Positions 27,031 through 35,295 of a stretch of DNA of 38,592 nt are shown piece by piece; position 1 is the first letter of the stretch, and the number at the start of each line of letters is the position of its first letter. The notes below the pieces were generated by a model. That model made no database searches. It worked only from the letters and a program-made list of their open reading frames with translations, and was not told the DNA's origin. The stretch is from an uncultured Clostridia bacterium (GTDB lineage: Bacteria > Bacillota > Clostridia > Christensenellales > UBA1242): positions 1 to 38,592 of the forward strand of contig CALVOH010000002.1 of NCBI GenBank assembly GCA_944350225.1, given 5' to 3'. Position numbers and translations under genes: made by a program.

Positions 27031-27052
27031 AAAAAAGCTCGCAATCGCGAGC
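27031..27052 (-). terminator. Intrinsic terminator after tsf
   Basis: The minus strand reads GCTCGC-GATT-GCGAGC followed by TTTTTT. The stem (27037..27042 / 27047..27052) starts 6 nt after the tsf stop. A-runs and T-runs on both sides make it look bidirectional. Confidence 0.7.
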
Positions 27053-27058
27053 GTTTTT

Positions 27059-27703
27059 TTATTGCATTTGTTTTGCTACCTCTTCTGCAAGATTGTCTTG
27101 ACGTTTTTCAAGACCTTCACCCATTTCATAGCGAGTAAATCTTCTAACTGAAATTTTTTCACCTATTGTAGCAGTCGCTTCTGTAAGCACTGCTTGAATG
27201 GTTTTAGAAGAATCCTTAACGAATTCTTGATCAAGCAAACAAAAATCTTTGTAGAATTTTACTACCCTTCCTTCTACCATCTTTTCGATAATAGCCTCAG
27301 GTTTGCCTTCATTTTTTGCTTGTGCGCGAAGAATATTTTTTTCTTTTTCAAGCACGTCTGCTGGCACATCTTCCCTTGAAACATATTTTGGATTTGCAGC
27401 AGCTATTTGCATAGCGATATCTTTTACAAGAAGGTTGAAAGCATCTGTTCTAGCAACGAAATCTGTTTCACAATTGACTTCAACTAAAACACCAATCTTT
27501 CCACCCATGTGAATGTATGAGCCAACAACACCTTCCGAAGCAATTCTTCCTTGTTTCTTTGAAGCAGCTGCAATGCCTTTTTCTCTAAGCCAAGTAGTAG
27601 CTTTTTCAAAATCTCCATTTGATTCAGTTAAAGCTTTTTTACAATCCATCATTCCTGCACCTGTTCTTGCTCTTAATTCGGCAACGTCTTTTGCTGTAAA
27701 CAT
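27059..27703 (-). CDS. tsf: Elongation factor Ts (short form)
   Basis: [37 protein letters not shown] is a UBA-like N-terminus. ETDFVARTD is also present. Confidence 0.96.
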   Translation of the reverse strand: MFTAKDVAELRARTGAGMMDCKKALTESNGDFEKATTWLREKGIAAASKKQGRIASEGVVGSYIHMGGKIGVLVEVNCETDFVARTDAFNLLVKDIAMQIAAANPKYVSREDVPADVLEKEKNILRAQAKNEGKPEAIIEKMVEGRVVKFYKDFCLLDQEFVKDSSKTIQAVLTEATATIGEKISVRRFTRYEMGEGLEKRQDNLAEEVAKQMQ

Positions 27704-27706
27704 CTG

Positions 27707-28669
27707 TTACTCTCCTTTTGGTTCAGTTTTTTTTGTCGTCTTTTTAACTGTTTTTGGTTTTTCGCTTTGTTCTTGCTTTGTTTCTTCAACTTTTGCTTCA
27801 ACCTTTTCGGCTTCTACTTTTTCTTCTGCTTCCACCTTCTCGGCAGATTTTTTAGCAGGTTTTTTCTTGACAACCTTTTTTTCTTTGTCCTCAGGTTTTA
27901 CATCTTCGATTTGCATCTCTTTGATTGCTTCTTCAAGATTTACAGTTTCTTCTTCTGCTTGTTCACTTTCATCTTTTTTTAGTGAAACACCTTCTCTTGC
28001 TTCAATAACAGCGTCAGCAATTGCAGATGCGATAAGTTTTACTGATCTTATTGCGTCATCATTGCCTGGAATTACGTAATCTATCCCCGTTGGATCGCAG
28101 TTTGTGTCAACAAGACCAACCATTGGTATTCCAAGTGCCAAAGCTTCTTTTACGCAGATATGTTCATTGCTTGGGTCGACAACGAAGATCACACCTGGCA
28201 TTTCGCGCATATCCTTAATTCCACCAAGGTTTTTTTCAAGTTTATCGCGTTCGCCTTTAAGGATTGCGACCTCTTTTTTTGGTAGTAAATCAAACTCACC
28301 TACTTTTTCCATTTGGTTAAGTTTGTTCAACCTTTCAATTCTCTTTAATATAGTTCTAAAATTTGTTAAGCAACCACCAAGCCAACGATTGCAAACGTAA
28401 AACATTCCGCAACGTTCAGCCTCTTCTTTAATTGCATCTTGTGCTTGCTTTTTTGTGCCTACAAACAGCACGCTTTTTCCTGATGCCACAACATCGCGCA
28501 CGAACAAATACGCTTTGTCTACAAGTTCACTTGTCTTTTCAAGATTTATAATATGGATATCGTTTCTAGCAGCGAAAATATAAGGTTTCATTTTAGGATT
28601 CCATTTTCTTGTTTGGTGTCCAAAGTGAACGCCGGCTTCGAGGAGTTGTTTCATTGAAATAACCGACAT
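27707..28669 (-). CDS. rpsB: 30S ribosomal protein S2 with a Lys/Glu-rich C-terminal extension of about 85 aa
   Basis: The core contains [31 protein letters not shown] and VDTNCDP. The tail after ...AVIEAREG is [11 protein letters not shown]...[19 protein letters not shown]...[12 protein letters not shown]. Confidence 0.96.
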   Translation of the reverse strand: MSVISMKQLLEAGVHFGHQTRKWNPKMKPYIFAARNDIHIINLEKTSELVDKAYLFVRDVVASGKSVLFVGTKKQAQDAIKEEAERCGMFYVCNRWLGGCLTNFRTILKRIERLNKLNQMEKVGEFDLLPKKEVAILKGERDKLEKNLGGIKDMREMPGVIFVVDPSNEHICVKEALALGIPMVGLVDTNCDPTGIDYVIPGNDDAIRSVKLIASAIADAVIEAREGVSLKKDESEQAEEETVNLEEAIKEMQIEDVKPEDKEKKVVKKKPAKKSAEKVEAEEKVEAEKVEAKVEETKQEQSEKPKTVKKTTKKTEPKGE

Positions 28670-28810
28670 TTATTTTTCCTCCTTTTAGTTTTTAGTCTTC
28701 CTCGCTCCGTTTTTTGCTCTCTCAAACAACCTGCGAAACACCCAAAATTTCACATAGGCAACAAATGAGAAATGGGAAACGAGTGATTATTTGTCTCAAT
28801 GACGAAAGAG

Positions 28811-28839
28811 ATTTTATCATAATATTAAAAAAAAAGCAA
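28811..28839 (-). promoter_or_regulatory. Putative sigma-A promoter of rpsB-tsf (TTGCTT - 17 nt - TGaTAAAAT)
   Basis: The minus strand reads TTGCTT (28839..28834, inside the secF terminator stem), a 17-nt spacer ending in TGA, then TAAAAT (28816..28811). This leaves a 5' UTR of about 135 nt. Confidence 0.4.
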
Positions 28840-28858
28840 GTATTTTAGCTTGCTTTTT
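28827..28858 (-). terminator. Intrinsic terminator at the end of secF
   Basis: The stem gcaag (28836..28840) / cttgc (28849..28853) is extended by A/T pairs from the flanking A9 and T5 runs. The loop contains the secF stop codon. On the minus strand a T-run follows the hairpin. Confidence 0.6.
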
Positions 28859-29927
28859 CTTGTAATTTTTCTGTATTTTGTGCTTCGACAGGTTGTTTTT
28901 TGTTTTTGTGCTTGAATGCGATTGACCATAAGCCTGGGACAAGAAAGACGGTGCTATAAAAACTTGACAAAATGCCTAAAACGATTGGGAAAGCAAACGC
29001 TCTAATGTAGCTAACTCCTATTACACCAATTAGTAGCATACAAATCAATGCGACCATGGTAGAAATAATTAAACTCGTCATAGATTCTTTTATTGTTGAA
29101 TTTGCAATGACCTCATTTGATTCTCCGTCAAATCTGCCCGATCGTTGATATTCTTTCATTCGGCTTAAAACGATTATTAAATTGCAAGTTGAATACATCA
29201 TGACAACGACTAATGATGCTATAAATGTGAAATTAACTGTAAATCTAAACATTGCAACCAAACTTGAAGTAATTAATATGTCATGGAATAGACACAATGC
29301 AGTTGTAAAAGCACTTGTCAAACCAAAGCGAAGACCTATATACAATGATATAAGAAGCATAGTTACAAATATTGCAATGAACGCATTTACCACCATTTCA
29401 GTTGATGCGCTTGGCGTAATAATTCCTCCATTTAAAATTGCATCTTGATTTGTGCCATATGAAAAGGTTTCAATAAGTTTTGTTTGAATTTGTGAGTTGA
29501 TTGAAGTAATGGCGTCAACATCGTCAACATTGTTTTGATATTTAACAACGATTGCTTGTCCGTGATAAACACCAAGCTCTTCTATGTCGATTGTCGTTTT
29601 TTGATATGAAGCACCTTCTATGTCAAAACTTTCAAGCACTTGTTCGATCTTGTTTTGCATCTTATTGAAATCTGTGCTATTTTCGATATCAAATGTGCTT
29701 GCGTCCGCGATTAGGTTTTCATCATTGGCATATATTGTCATGATTGAGCCACCCGTAAAGTCAATGCCAAAATTAAATCCTAACACGCATACTAAAATAA
29801 GCCCTACTAAAAATATTGCAATTGATGGCAATATAAACCATTTTAAATTCTTCACAAAGTTAAACTTTGAGTTTGCAATAACTTCATCTATAGAAAATCT
29901 TGATTTTTTGAATTTTTTTGATGTCAT
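28845..29927 (-). CDS. secF: Protein translocase subunit SecF
   Basis: It contains GIDFTGGS, followed by a periplasmic domain and then 5 C-terminal TM segments. It overlaps secD by 4 nt (ATGA). Confidence 0.9.
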   Translation of the reverse strand: MTSKKFKKSRFSIDEVIANSKFNFVKNLKWFILPSIAIFLVGLILVCVLGFNFGIDFTGGSIMTIYANDENLIADASTFDIENSTDFNKMQNKIEQVLESFDIEGASYQKTTIDIEELGVYHGQAIVVKYQNNVDDVDAITSINSQIQTKLIETFSYGTNQDAILNGGIITPSASTEMVVNAFIAIFVTMLLISLYIGLRFGLTSAFTTALCLFHDILITSSLVAMFRFTVNFTFIASLVVVMMYSTCNLIIVLSRMKEYQRSGRFDGESNEVIANSTIKESMTSLIISTMVALICMLLIGVIGVSYIRAFAFPIVLGILSSFYSTVFLVPGLWSIAFKHKNKKQPVEAQNTEKLQEKAS

Positions 29928-31279
29928 TTTTCACCTCCTTCATCTAAGAAGGTTTCGCCTGATAATTCATTGCTTAATGCCTTCGAGCGAATTAAATTCA
30001 TGCGTTTTGCGTTTGTTGAATTTAATGGCAAATACCATTTAACTAACAATCTTGTAACAACTAGAGAGCAAAATGCAGAGATTATTGAGCCAATAAGTAA
30101 TATCATGCCAAACTCTTTTATTGCGACCGTGCCTAGAATGTAAAGCAAGATTGACGAGATGACTGTTACAATGTGGATATCAAGTATTGGCCATAAAGAT
30201 TTTTTAAAGCCGTTTTTAGTTGACAATGGTATTTTTCTTCCACTCGCGTATTCACTTCTTATGCGTTCAAAAATAATGACATTCCCAATTGTTGCCAAAG
30301 CGAATGCTATAAGCACACCTGCTAGACCTGGTAAGGACATTTTGACAAATGGCACTGCCATAAGGAAGAAAGCAAACAACACAGTGAAGATGACAAGAGT
30401 AAAGCAAGCCAACAATCCAAGTTCTCTATATCTAATGAGTAGTAACAACATAACTAGAAAAGCAACTACACCTAATGCAATTGCACTTAACATTAATGTG
30501 TCTTTGCCAAGAGATGCAGATACAACTGAAATTTGTGAAAGTGAAAGATCAGCAGAGTATGAACCACTAGTTATTCTAATGAAATATTCAGCTGATGAAG
30601 ATGAGGTTGTAATTGAACCACCCGAAATAAAGGCTGTTGTTGTGTCGTCAATAAAGTTATCGGAAGAAAGTGAAATTGCACTTTCCTCTCCTACGTATGC
30701 ATAGATGGTTGAACTATTTGATGCTTGATTTGAAAGTTTAGTAAATTTTTCTTTTGCACTGGATTTAAACTCAACTGCGACTCCGTAGGAGCTCCCATCA
30801 GAGCTTGTGCTTACATAAACATTTGATATATCTTTGCTAGAAAGATAATCGCCTGTTGGATTTGCTATATCAAAATTTTGATTTGATGATAGATATAACG
30901 AAACAGGCTCGCCAATCAATTCAAAAAGATCGGTGAAATCATTTTCTTGATTTGATATTTCAATTCTAATTTTGTCTGAGCCTTGCTTTTCTATTATTGC
31001 ATCTGAAAGCCCATAATTGTAAAGCATGCTATTAAGCCCAGATATAGTTGACAAGACTGCACTGTCTAAATCGTCAGTAACGCTAACGTTAGATAACGAA
31101 GCGTCATATGTTACTGCTGTTCCTCCACTTAAATCTAAACCTAATGGAATAGAATTGACAAAACCATTGTAATGATAGACGGTGCCTGCGACATTAAATG
31201 AAGCAAAAGTCAGCACCAATCCTAGTGCTACTAAAATTGCTAGTATAGAAAATTTCCAAATTGAGCGTTTTTTTGACAT
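29924..31279 (-). CDS. secD: Protein translocase subunit SecD
   Basis: It contains LGLDLSGG, followed by a periplasmic domain and then a C-terminal 5-TM bundle with LPGLAGVLIAFALATIGNVIIFERIRSE. Confidence 0.9.
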   Translation of the reverse strand: MSKKRSIWKFSILAILVALGLVLTFASFNVAGTVYHYNGFVNSIPLGLDLSGGTAVTYDASLSNVSVTDDLDSAVLSTISGLNSMLYNYGLSDAIIEKQGSDKIRIEISNQENDFTDLFELIGEPVSLYLSSNQNFDIANPTGDYLSSKDISNVYVSTSSDGSSYGVAVEFKSSAKEKFTKLSNQASNSSTIYAYVGEESAISLSSDNFIDDTTTAFISGGSITTSSSSAEYFIRITSGSYSADLSLSQISVVSASLGKDTLMLSAIALGVVAFLVMLLLLIRYRELGLLACFTLVIFTVLFAFFLMAVPFVKMSLPGLAGVLIAFALATIGNVIIFERIRSEYASGRKIPLSTKNGFKKSLWPILDIHIVTVISSILLYILGTVAIKEFGMILLIGSIISAFCSLVVTRLLVKWYLPLNSTNAKRMNLIRSKALSNELSGETFLDEGGEK

Positions 31280-31309
31280 TGAAACCTCTTGTTGAATTGT
31301 TACCTATTT

Positions 31310-31338
31310 AGTATACAGGTTAAAGAGGAATGTGTCAA
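31310..31338 (-). promoter_or_regulatory. Putative sigma-A promoter of secDF (TTGACA - 17 nt - TATACT)
   Basis: The minus strand reads TTGACA (31338..31333), a 17-nt spacer, then TATACT (31315..31310). Confidence 0.5.
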
Positions 31339-31350
31339 ATGTTTTTTAAT

Positions 31351-31767
31351 TTACTTTGTATTTTTTTTGATGTTTACACAGATTATGCCACAAATTCCAC
31401 CAATAATAGAGCCAAAAATTATGTCATTAACAAATGTCCTATCAAAAACAAAACTGTGATTTAAAGCAGAAAAAGCAAAAAATGCGACTATCGTGTAAAT
31501 AAAACCTATCAGTAATCCACTTGCAAGTCCCATTTCTTTTTGTTTTTTAAGCCCAAGAAATACTCCTAAAAATATGCTCACACCTTTTATGACCTGATTG
31601 ATAGGAGTAATTAAATTTTCTGATAGTGGTGTGAATTTAAGACAAAATGCAAACACTAGTATGCTGACAAGACTTATGCAAACTGCATAGGCACTTCCTC
31701 TTAAAATTGAAAAGCAAACAGATTTAGCTCCTTTGCGTTCGTCCATCTTTTTTGCTTTTATCTTCAT
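31351..31767 (-). CDS. Small 4-TM membrane protein (YrzE/TIGR04086-like by size, topology and position; unverified)
   Basis: A 138-aa protein from ATG 31767 (AGGAG sits 6 nt upstream), with four hydrophobic helices. It lies between yajC and secD, where B. subtilis has yrzE. Confidence 0.6.
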   Translation of the reverse strand: MKIKAKKMDERKGAKSVCFSILRGSAYAVCISLVSILVFAFCLKFTPLSENLITPINQVIKGVSIFLGVFLGLKKQKEMGLASGLLIGFIYTIVAFFAFSALNHSFVFDRTFVNDIIFGSIIGGICGIICVNIKKNTK

Positions 31768-31835
31768 ATTTGACTCCTTTTCATAAAAATATACCATAAT
31801 AACTTTATGCTGGAAAATTTAAACATATGAAGACA

Positions 31836-31862
31836 AAATAAAAAAGCTTCCGTTTGGAAGCT
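31836..31862 (-). terminator. Intrinsic terminator after yajC
   Basis: The minus strand reads AGCTTCC-AAAC-GGAAGCT followed by TTTTTATTTT. The stem (31845..31851 / 31856..31862) starts 6 nt after the yajC stop. Confidence 0.75.
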
Positions 31863-31868
31863 AATTCA

Positions 31869-32324
31869 TTATTTAGATTTATTTGTTGTCTTCTTTGTAG
31901 CTTGTTTGCTTGATTTTTTCTCTGATTTTGGTTGAGCTTTTTCCTCTGGCTTTTCTTCTGCTTTTTCTTCTTTAATTTCAGCAGGTTTTTCTTCGGGAAT
32001 ATCTTTTGCAACAGGAATTTGATCTGAAATAACTGAGTAAATTGCATACGCATCAATTGTCATATAACTTTTATAATTTCCTGAGCCTGTTTCGATTGTA
32101 ATTTGTTTTGAGTTTCCTTCCATTCTAATATCAATAATCTTGCCATAAACTCCACTTGTTGTAAGAATTTTATCCCCTTTCTTCAAAGAGTTAGTTCTCT
32201 CCGCAATTTTTTGATTTTCTTTCTTGTTTTTCGTAAACATGATTATTGGATATGCAATAAGCAAAACCGCTATCAAGCAAATTAAAACAATTTGTGTTGT
32301 GTCGAGTGCTAAAAGTGTTGACAT
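31869..32324 (-). CDS. yajC: Preprotein translocase subunit YajC with a Lys/Glu/Pro-rich C-terminal extension
   Basis: It has a TM segment plus the YajC core LKKGDKILTTSGVYGKIIDI. The tail is PEEKPAEIKEEKAEEKPEEKAQPKSEKKSSKQATKKTTNKSK. Confidence 0.9.
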   Translation of the reverse strand: MSTLLALDTTQIVLICLIAVLLIAYPIIMFTKNKKENQKIAERTNSLKKGDKILTTSGVYGKIIDIRMEGNSKQITIETGSGNYKSYMTIDAYAIYSVISDQIPVAKDIPEEKPAEIKEEKAEEKPEEKAQPKSEKKSSKQATKKTTNKSK

Positions 32325-32352
32325 AATATTTCTCCTTTTTTTTGATAAACCG

Positions 32353-32380
32353 ATTATATCAAAAGATTTGAAGTTTTCAA
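32353..32380 (-). promoter_or_regulatory. Putative sigma-A promoter of yajC (TTGAAA - 16 nt - TGaTATAAT)
   Basis: The minus strand reads TTGAAA (32380..32375), a 16-nt spacer ending in TGA, then TATAAT (32358..32353). Confidence 0.5.
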
Positions 32381-32390
32381 AACAATTTAA

Positions 32391-34160
32391 CTAAATTTTT
32401 TTAGTTTTTATTTCATTTTGCAATCTCTCAACAAATTCCGACAGTTTTATGCCACTTTTATTCTCATTGCCTCTGCCACGGATTGAAATGGTTTTGTTTG
32501 CTATTTCCTCATCGCCTACTATTATTTGATATGGCAATTTAAATGAAACTGCTTCTCTTATCTTATAACCTATTTTTTCATTTCTATTGTCGACAGTCGC
32601 TCTTATTCCATTTTGTTTAAGAACATCTAATATTTCATTTGCATAATCGTTTGCCCTATCAGTAATAGGCAAAATTCGAACTTGTTCAGGCGCAAGCCAT
32701 AACGGGAAAGCTCCTGCGAATTTTTCTATCAAGTATGCGAGGGTTCTTTCATAACAGCCTACACTACTTCTGTGAATAATTATTGGCACTTTTTTCTGCC
32801 CATCTTTATCGGTGTAATACATACCAAACTTTTCTGCAAGCATCTGGTCAACCTGAATTGTGATAAGTGTATCCTCTTTTCCAAAAACATTTTTAATTTG
32901 AATATCTAATTTTGGCCCGTAAAATGCTGCCTCGCCTATTCCTACAACATAAGGAATTTCTAGATGATCTAAAATTCTTTGCATTGTTGATTGTGCTTCA
33001 TCCCACTGCTCTTTTGTTCCAATATATTTTTCTCTATTGCTAGGATCCCATTGTGAAAATCTGTATGATACGTCATCATATAATCCCAATGTTTTAAGCA
33101 TGTAAATTGCAAGTTCAAGGCAACCCTTAAATTCATCTTCAAGTTGTTCAGGCGTGCACATCAAATGCCCCTCTGAAAGAGTGAATTGCCTAACTCGAAT
33201 AAGTCCATGCATTTCACCACTCGCTTCCTTTCTAAACAAAGTTGAAGTTTCATTGTATCTTAAAGGTAAATCTTTGTAAGAACGACCTTTGTTAAGATAG
33301 CATTGATATTGGAAAGGACATGTCATTGGTCGAAGCGCCAAAACTTCTTTATCCCTGTTTTCGTCGCCGATCACAAACATTCCATCCTTATAGTGATCCC
33401 AATGACCTGAGATTTTGTAAAGGTCACTTTTAGCCATGAAAGGAGTTTTGGTCAGTTGCCAACCACGTTTTTCTTCTTCGTCTTCAACAAATCGTTGTAA
33501 GATTTGCAAAACTTTCGTTCCTTTTGGCAGCATAATAGGCAAACCTTGACCAATGTAATCGACTGTTGTAAAAAGTTCTAGCTCTCTGCCGAGCTTGTTG
33601 TGATCGCGTTTTCTTGCTTCTTCTAACATTGCAATATATTCCGCTAATTGTTTTTTGTCAGCAAAGGCATAAGCATAAACCCTTTGCAACATTTTGTTTT
33701 TTTCGTTACCTCTCCAATATGCACCATTTACAGCATGTATTTTATATGCAGTGTTTTGAAGTTCGCGAGTTGTGTTTACGTGAGGCCCCCTACAAAGATC
33801 AACAAAATCGTCGCCTAAATAGTAGAGAGAAATTTCTTCATCTTCTGGCAATTCTCTAATTAATTCTTCTTTAAATTCATTGCCTTTAAAAATTTTAAGT
33901 GCTTCTTCTCGTGAAACAACTTGACGTTTAAACTCTTCACCTTTATTGATTATCTCTTTCATTTTCTTTTCTATTGCTAAAAAATCTTCTGGTAAAATCG
34001 ATTGTTCCAAATCGATATCATAGTAAAAGCCGTCATCAATTGCAGGGCCAATAGTTAGTTTCGTTTTAGGATATAAACTCATTATAGCCTTCGCTAGAAC
34101 GTGCGCAAGAGAATGACGCATGATTTTAATTTTTTCGTTTTTGTCAATTTTCTTTTCCAT
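32391..34160 (-). CDS. thrS: Threonyl-tRNA synthetase (no N-terminal TGS domain)
   Basis: It contains MRHSLAHVLAKAI...GPAIDDGFYYD (start of the editing/second additional domain), CRGPHV, RDHNKLG, and class II motifs through to the anticodon-binding domain. I chose ATG 34160, preceded by AAAGGAG. The track's upstream extension reads through the T-box terminator. Confidence 0.95.
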   Translation of the reverse strand: MEKKIDKNEKIKIMRHSLAHVLAKAIMSLYPKTKLTIGPAIDDGFYYDIDLEQSILPEDFLAIEKKMKEIINKGEEFKRQVVSREEALKIFKGNEFKEELIRELPEDEEISLYYLGDDFVDLCRGPHVNTTRELQNTAYKIHAVNGAYWRGNEKNKMLQRVYAYAFADKKQLAEYIAMLEEARKRDHNKLGRELELFTTVDYIGQGLPIMLPKGTKVLQILQRFVEDEEEKRGWQLTKTPFMAKSDLYKISGHWDHYKDGMFVIGDENRDKEVLALRPMTCPFQYQCYLNKGRSYKDLPLRYNETSTLFRKEASGEMHGLIRVRQFTLSEGHLMCTPEQLEDEFKGCLELAIYMLKTLGLYDDVSYRFSQWDPSNREKYIGTKEQWDEAQSTMQRILDHLEIPYVVGIGEAAFYGPKLDIQIKNVFGKEDTLITIQVDQMLAEKFGMYYTDKDGQKKVPIIIHRSSVGCYERTLAYLIEKFAGAFPLWLAPEQVRILPITDRANDYANEILDVLKQNGIRATVDNRNEKIGYKIREAVSFKLPYQIIVGDEEIANKTISIRGRGNENKSGIKLSEFVERLQNEIKTKKI

Positions 34161-34181
34161 CTTAACTCCTTTTGGGCAAAT

Positions 34182-34373
34182 AAAAAACGCCCTTAAAAAT
34201 TTAAGGACGATTAAAAACCGCGGTTCCACCTTAATTGCACTTCTTGTGCCTCTCTTTAAATTGTCGCCTCAACGTCAAAAGTGGTTTCGTTTTCTTCCTC
34301 CACCCAAAGTTTTTCACCAACCAACTTTTCTCTAAATGCTTATGGAAGCACTACTTGTCTTTCAACTCTGCTT
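34182..34373 (-). promoter_or_regulatory. T-box riboswitch leader of thrS, specifier codon ACC (Thr)
   Basis: In the minus-strand RNA I see AGUAG (S-turn), an AGAGA bulge and a UUGGUGAAAA distal loop. The lower stem I helix GUUGAAAG/CUUUUGAC places ACC-A (34285..34282) at the 3' end of the specifier loop. The T-box sequence is AAUUAAGGUGGAACCGCGG (about 34236..34218). The terminator is CGUCCUUAA-AUUU-UUAAGGGCG plus U6 (34209..34182). Confidence 0.85.
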
Positions 34374-34379
34374 GTTTTT

Positions 34380-34408
34380 ATTATATTATCTTTAAAATAA
34401 AAAAGCAA
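34380..34408 (-). promoter_or_regulatory. Putative sigma-A promoter of thrS (TTGCTT - 17 nt - TATAAT)
   Basis: The minus strand reads TTGCTT (34408..34403), a 17-nt spacer, then TATAAT (34385..34380), directly upstream of the T-box leader. Confidence 0.6.
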
Positions 34409-34426
34409 GCATATTTCTAAAAAAAA

Positions 34427-35203
34427 TTATAATTTTGAAAATGGTGAGATGTTTGTGTATATTTCTCTAACAGGTTTAGAAAAATTTATATTTAATCTTT
34501 TGTCGAAGATAGTTCTCATCAATTCTAATGCATGATTTTCATTTTTACAGTATACGTTTATTTTTTGAGGTGACATATCTATCAATAAAGAGATTAAATC
34601 TTTCCCCTCCATTGTTTCACCTTTATTTCCGTTATCACAGACATAATAATTTTCATTTTCGTCTTCGACAACATCAATTTCATCTTTGCATATATCCAGA
34701 TTGTCGATCAAAAATTTAAGTAAATCATTAAAAGCATCAGTTGAAATGAGATATTCACGATTTTCATTTGCTAGTTTAACTAGCTCTTGCCATTTATCAC
34801 GTAATTTTGTAAGTTTAAATTTGTAAAACGAAGTTAAAAACAAATTACTTTCAAACGTCAAATTTTTTGATATTATAAAATAATCCGTTTCTTTATCAAA
34901 ATTGATAAGTGCTTTTTTAAAAGCCATCATACTCATTTCATCTTTGTTTGTTAAGCATAGATGTTTATCCAAAAAATCTTCTTTATAAAAATTGCAAATG
35001 ATGTAACTCACTGCCTTTAATAAGCAGATTTCCATTTCCTGTTTATAAATTTTTTCTACTGCAATGACAATTTTGCTATTAGAAAATTGTTTTGTTAGAA
35101 CAATAATGCCGTTATATTTTAAAACTTCTTTTTTGACAATGTTAAAAAACGAAGAAACGATTTCTTCTCGGTCATGATTAAAGGTAACAGAATATTCCCA
35201 CAT
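34427..35203 (-). CDS. ytxC: Putative sporulation protein YtxC
   Basis: A 258-aa soluble protein immediately upstream of thrS, the position of ytxC in B. subtilis. Its size and the central LTSFYKFKLTKLRDKWQELV-type segment fit my recollection of the YtxC-like family. No profile search was done. Confidence 0.6.
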   Translation of the reverse strand: MWEYSVTFNHDREEIVSSFFNIVKKEVLKYNGIIVLTKQFSNSKIVIAVEKIYKQEMEICLLKAVSYIICNFYKEDFLDKHLCLTNKDEMSMMAFKKALINFDKETDYFIISKNLTFESNLFLTSFYKFKLTKLRDKWQELVKLANENREYLISTDAFNDLLKFLIDNLDICKDEIDVVEDENENYYVCDNGNKGETMEGKDLISLLIDMSPQKINVYCKNENHALELMRTIFDKRLNINFSKPVREIYTNISPFSKL

Positions 35204-35247
35204 ACAAACCCCTCATTAAATTTTCTAGTTTATTTGTATGCAATGTT

Positions 35248-35278
35248 AAAAAAAATACTCGCATTACGATGCAAGTAT
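35248..35278 (-). terminator. Intrinsic terminator after the ABC-like gene pair
   Basis: The minus strand reads ATACTTGCAT-CGTA-ATGCGAGTAT (10 bp with one G-U pair) followed by T8. The stem is 35255..35264 / 35269..35278. Confidence 0.8.
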
Positions 35279-35295
35279 TTTGTGAAATTTTGTTG

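Noticed and set aside
27760-27960. Short tandem DNA repeats (GAAGC/TTTTC-type periodicity) as a possible repeat element or CRISPR-like array
   Set aside because: They lie inside the rpsB coding frame and encode the KVEAE-type low-complexity tail. There is no repeat-spacer architecture.
27513-28079. 188-aa plus-strand ORF, the longest plus-strand ORF in the window
   Set aside because: It is antisense to the tsf start and the rpsB K/E-rich tail. Its S/F/L-rich translation is the mirror image of GAA/AAG-rich coding DNA. It has no RBS and no motifs.
30159-30704. 181-aa plus-strand ORF
   Set aside because: It lies entirely within secD on the opposite strand, and has no RBS or recognisable domain.
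31805-32056. 83-aa minus-strand ORF overlapping the yajC tail and terminator
   Set aside because: It is an alternative frame of the K/E-rich yajC tail and runs through the yajC terminator hairpin.
34161-34229. N-terminal extension of thrS in the ORF track (MEPRFLIVLKFLRAFFICPKGVK)
   Set aside because: It reads through the T-box terminator and U-tract. A strong RBS precedes the internal ATG at 34160, and homologues start near there. Similar track extensions were trimmed for ruvC (923..1012), efp (14160..14204), frr (26887..26922), spoIIIAA (13377..13436), spoIIIAB and the 31351..31797 ORF.
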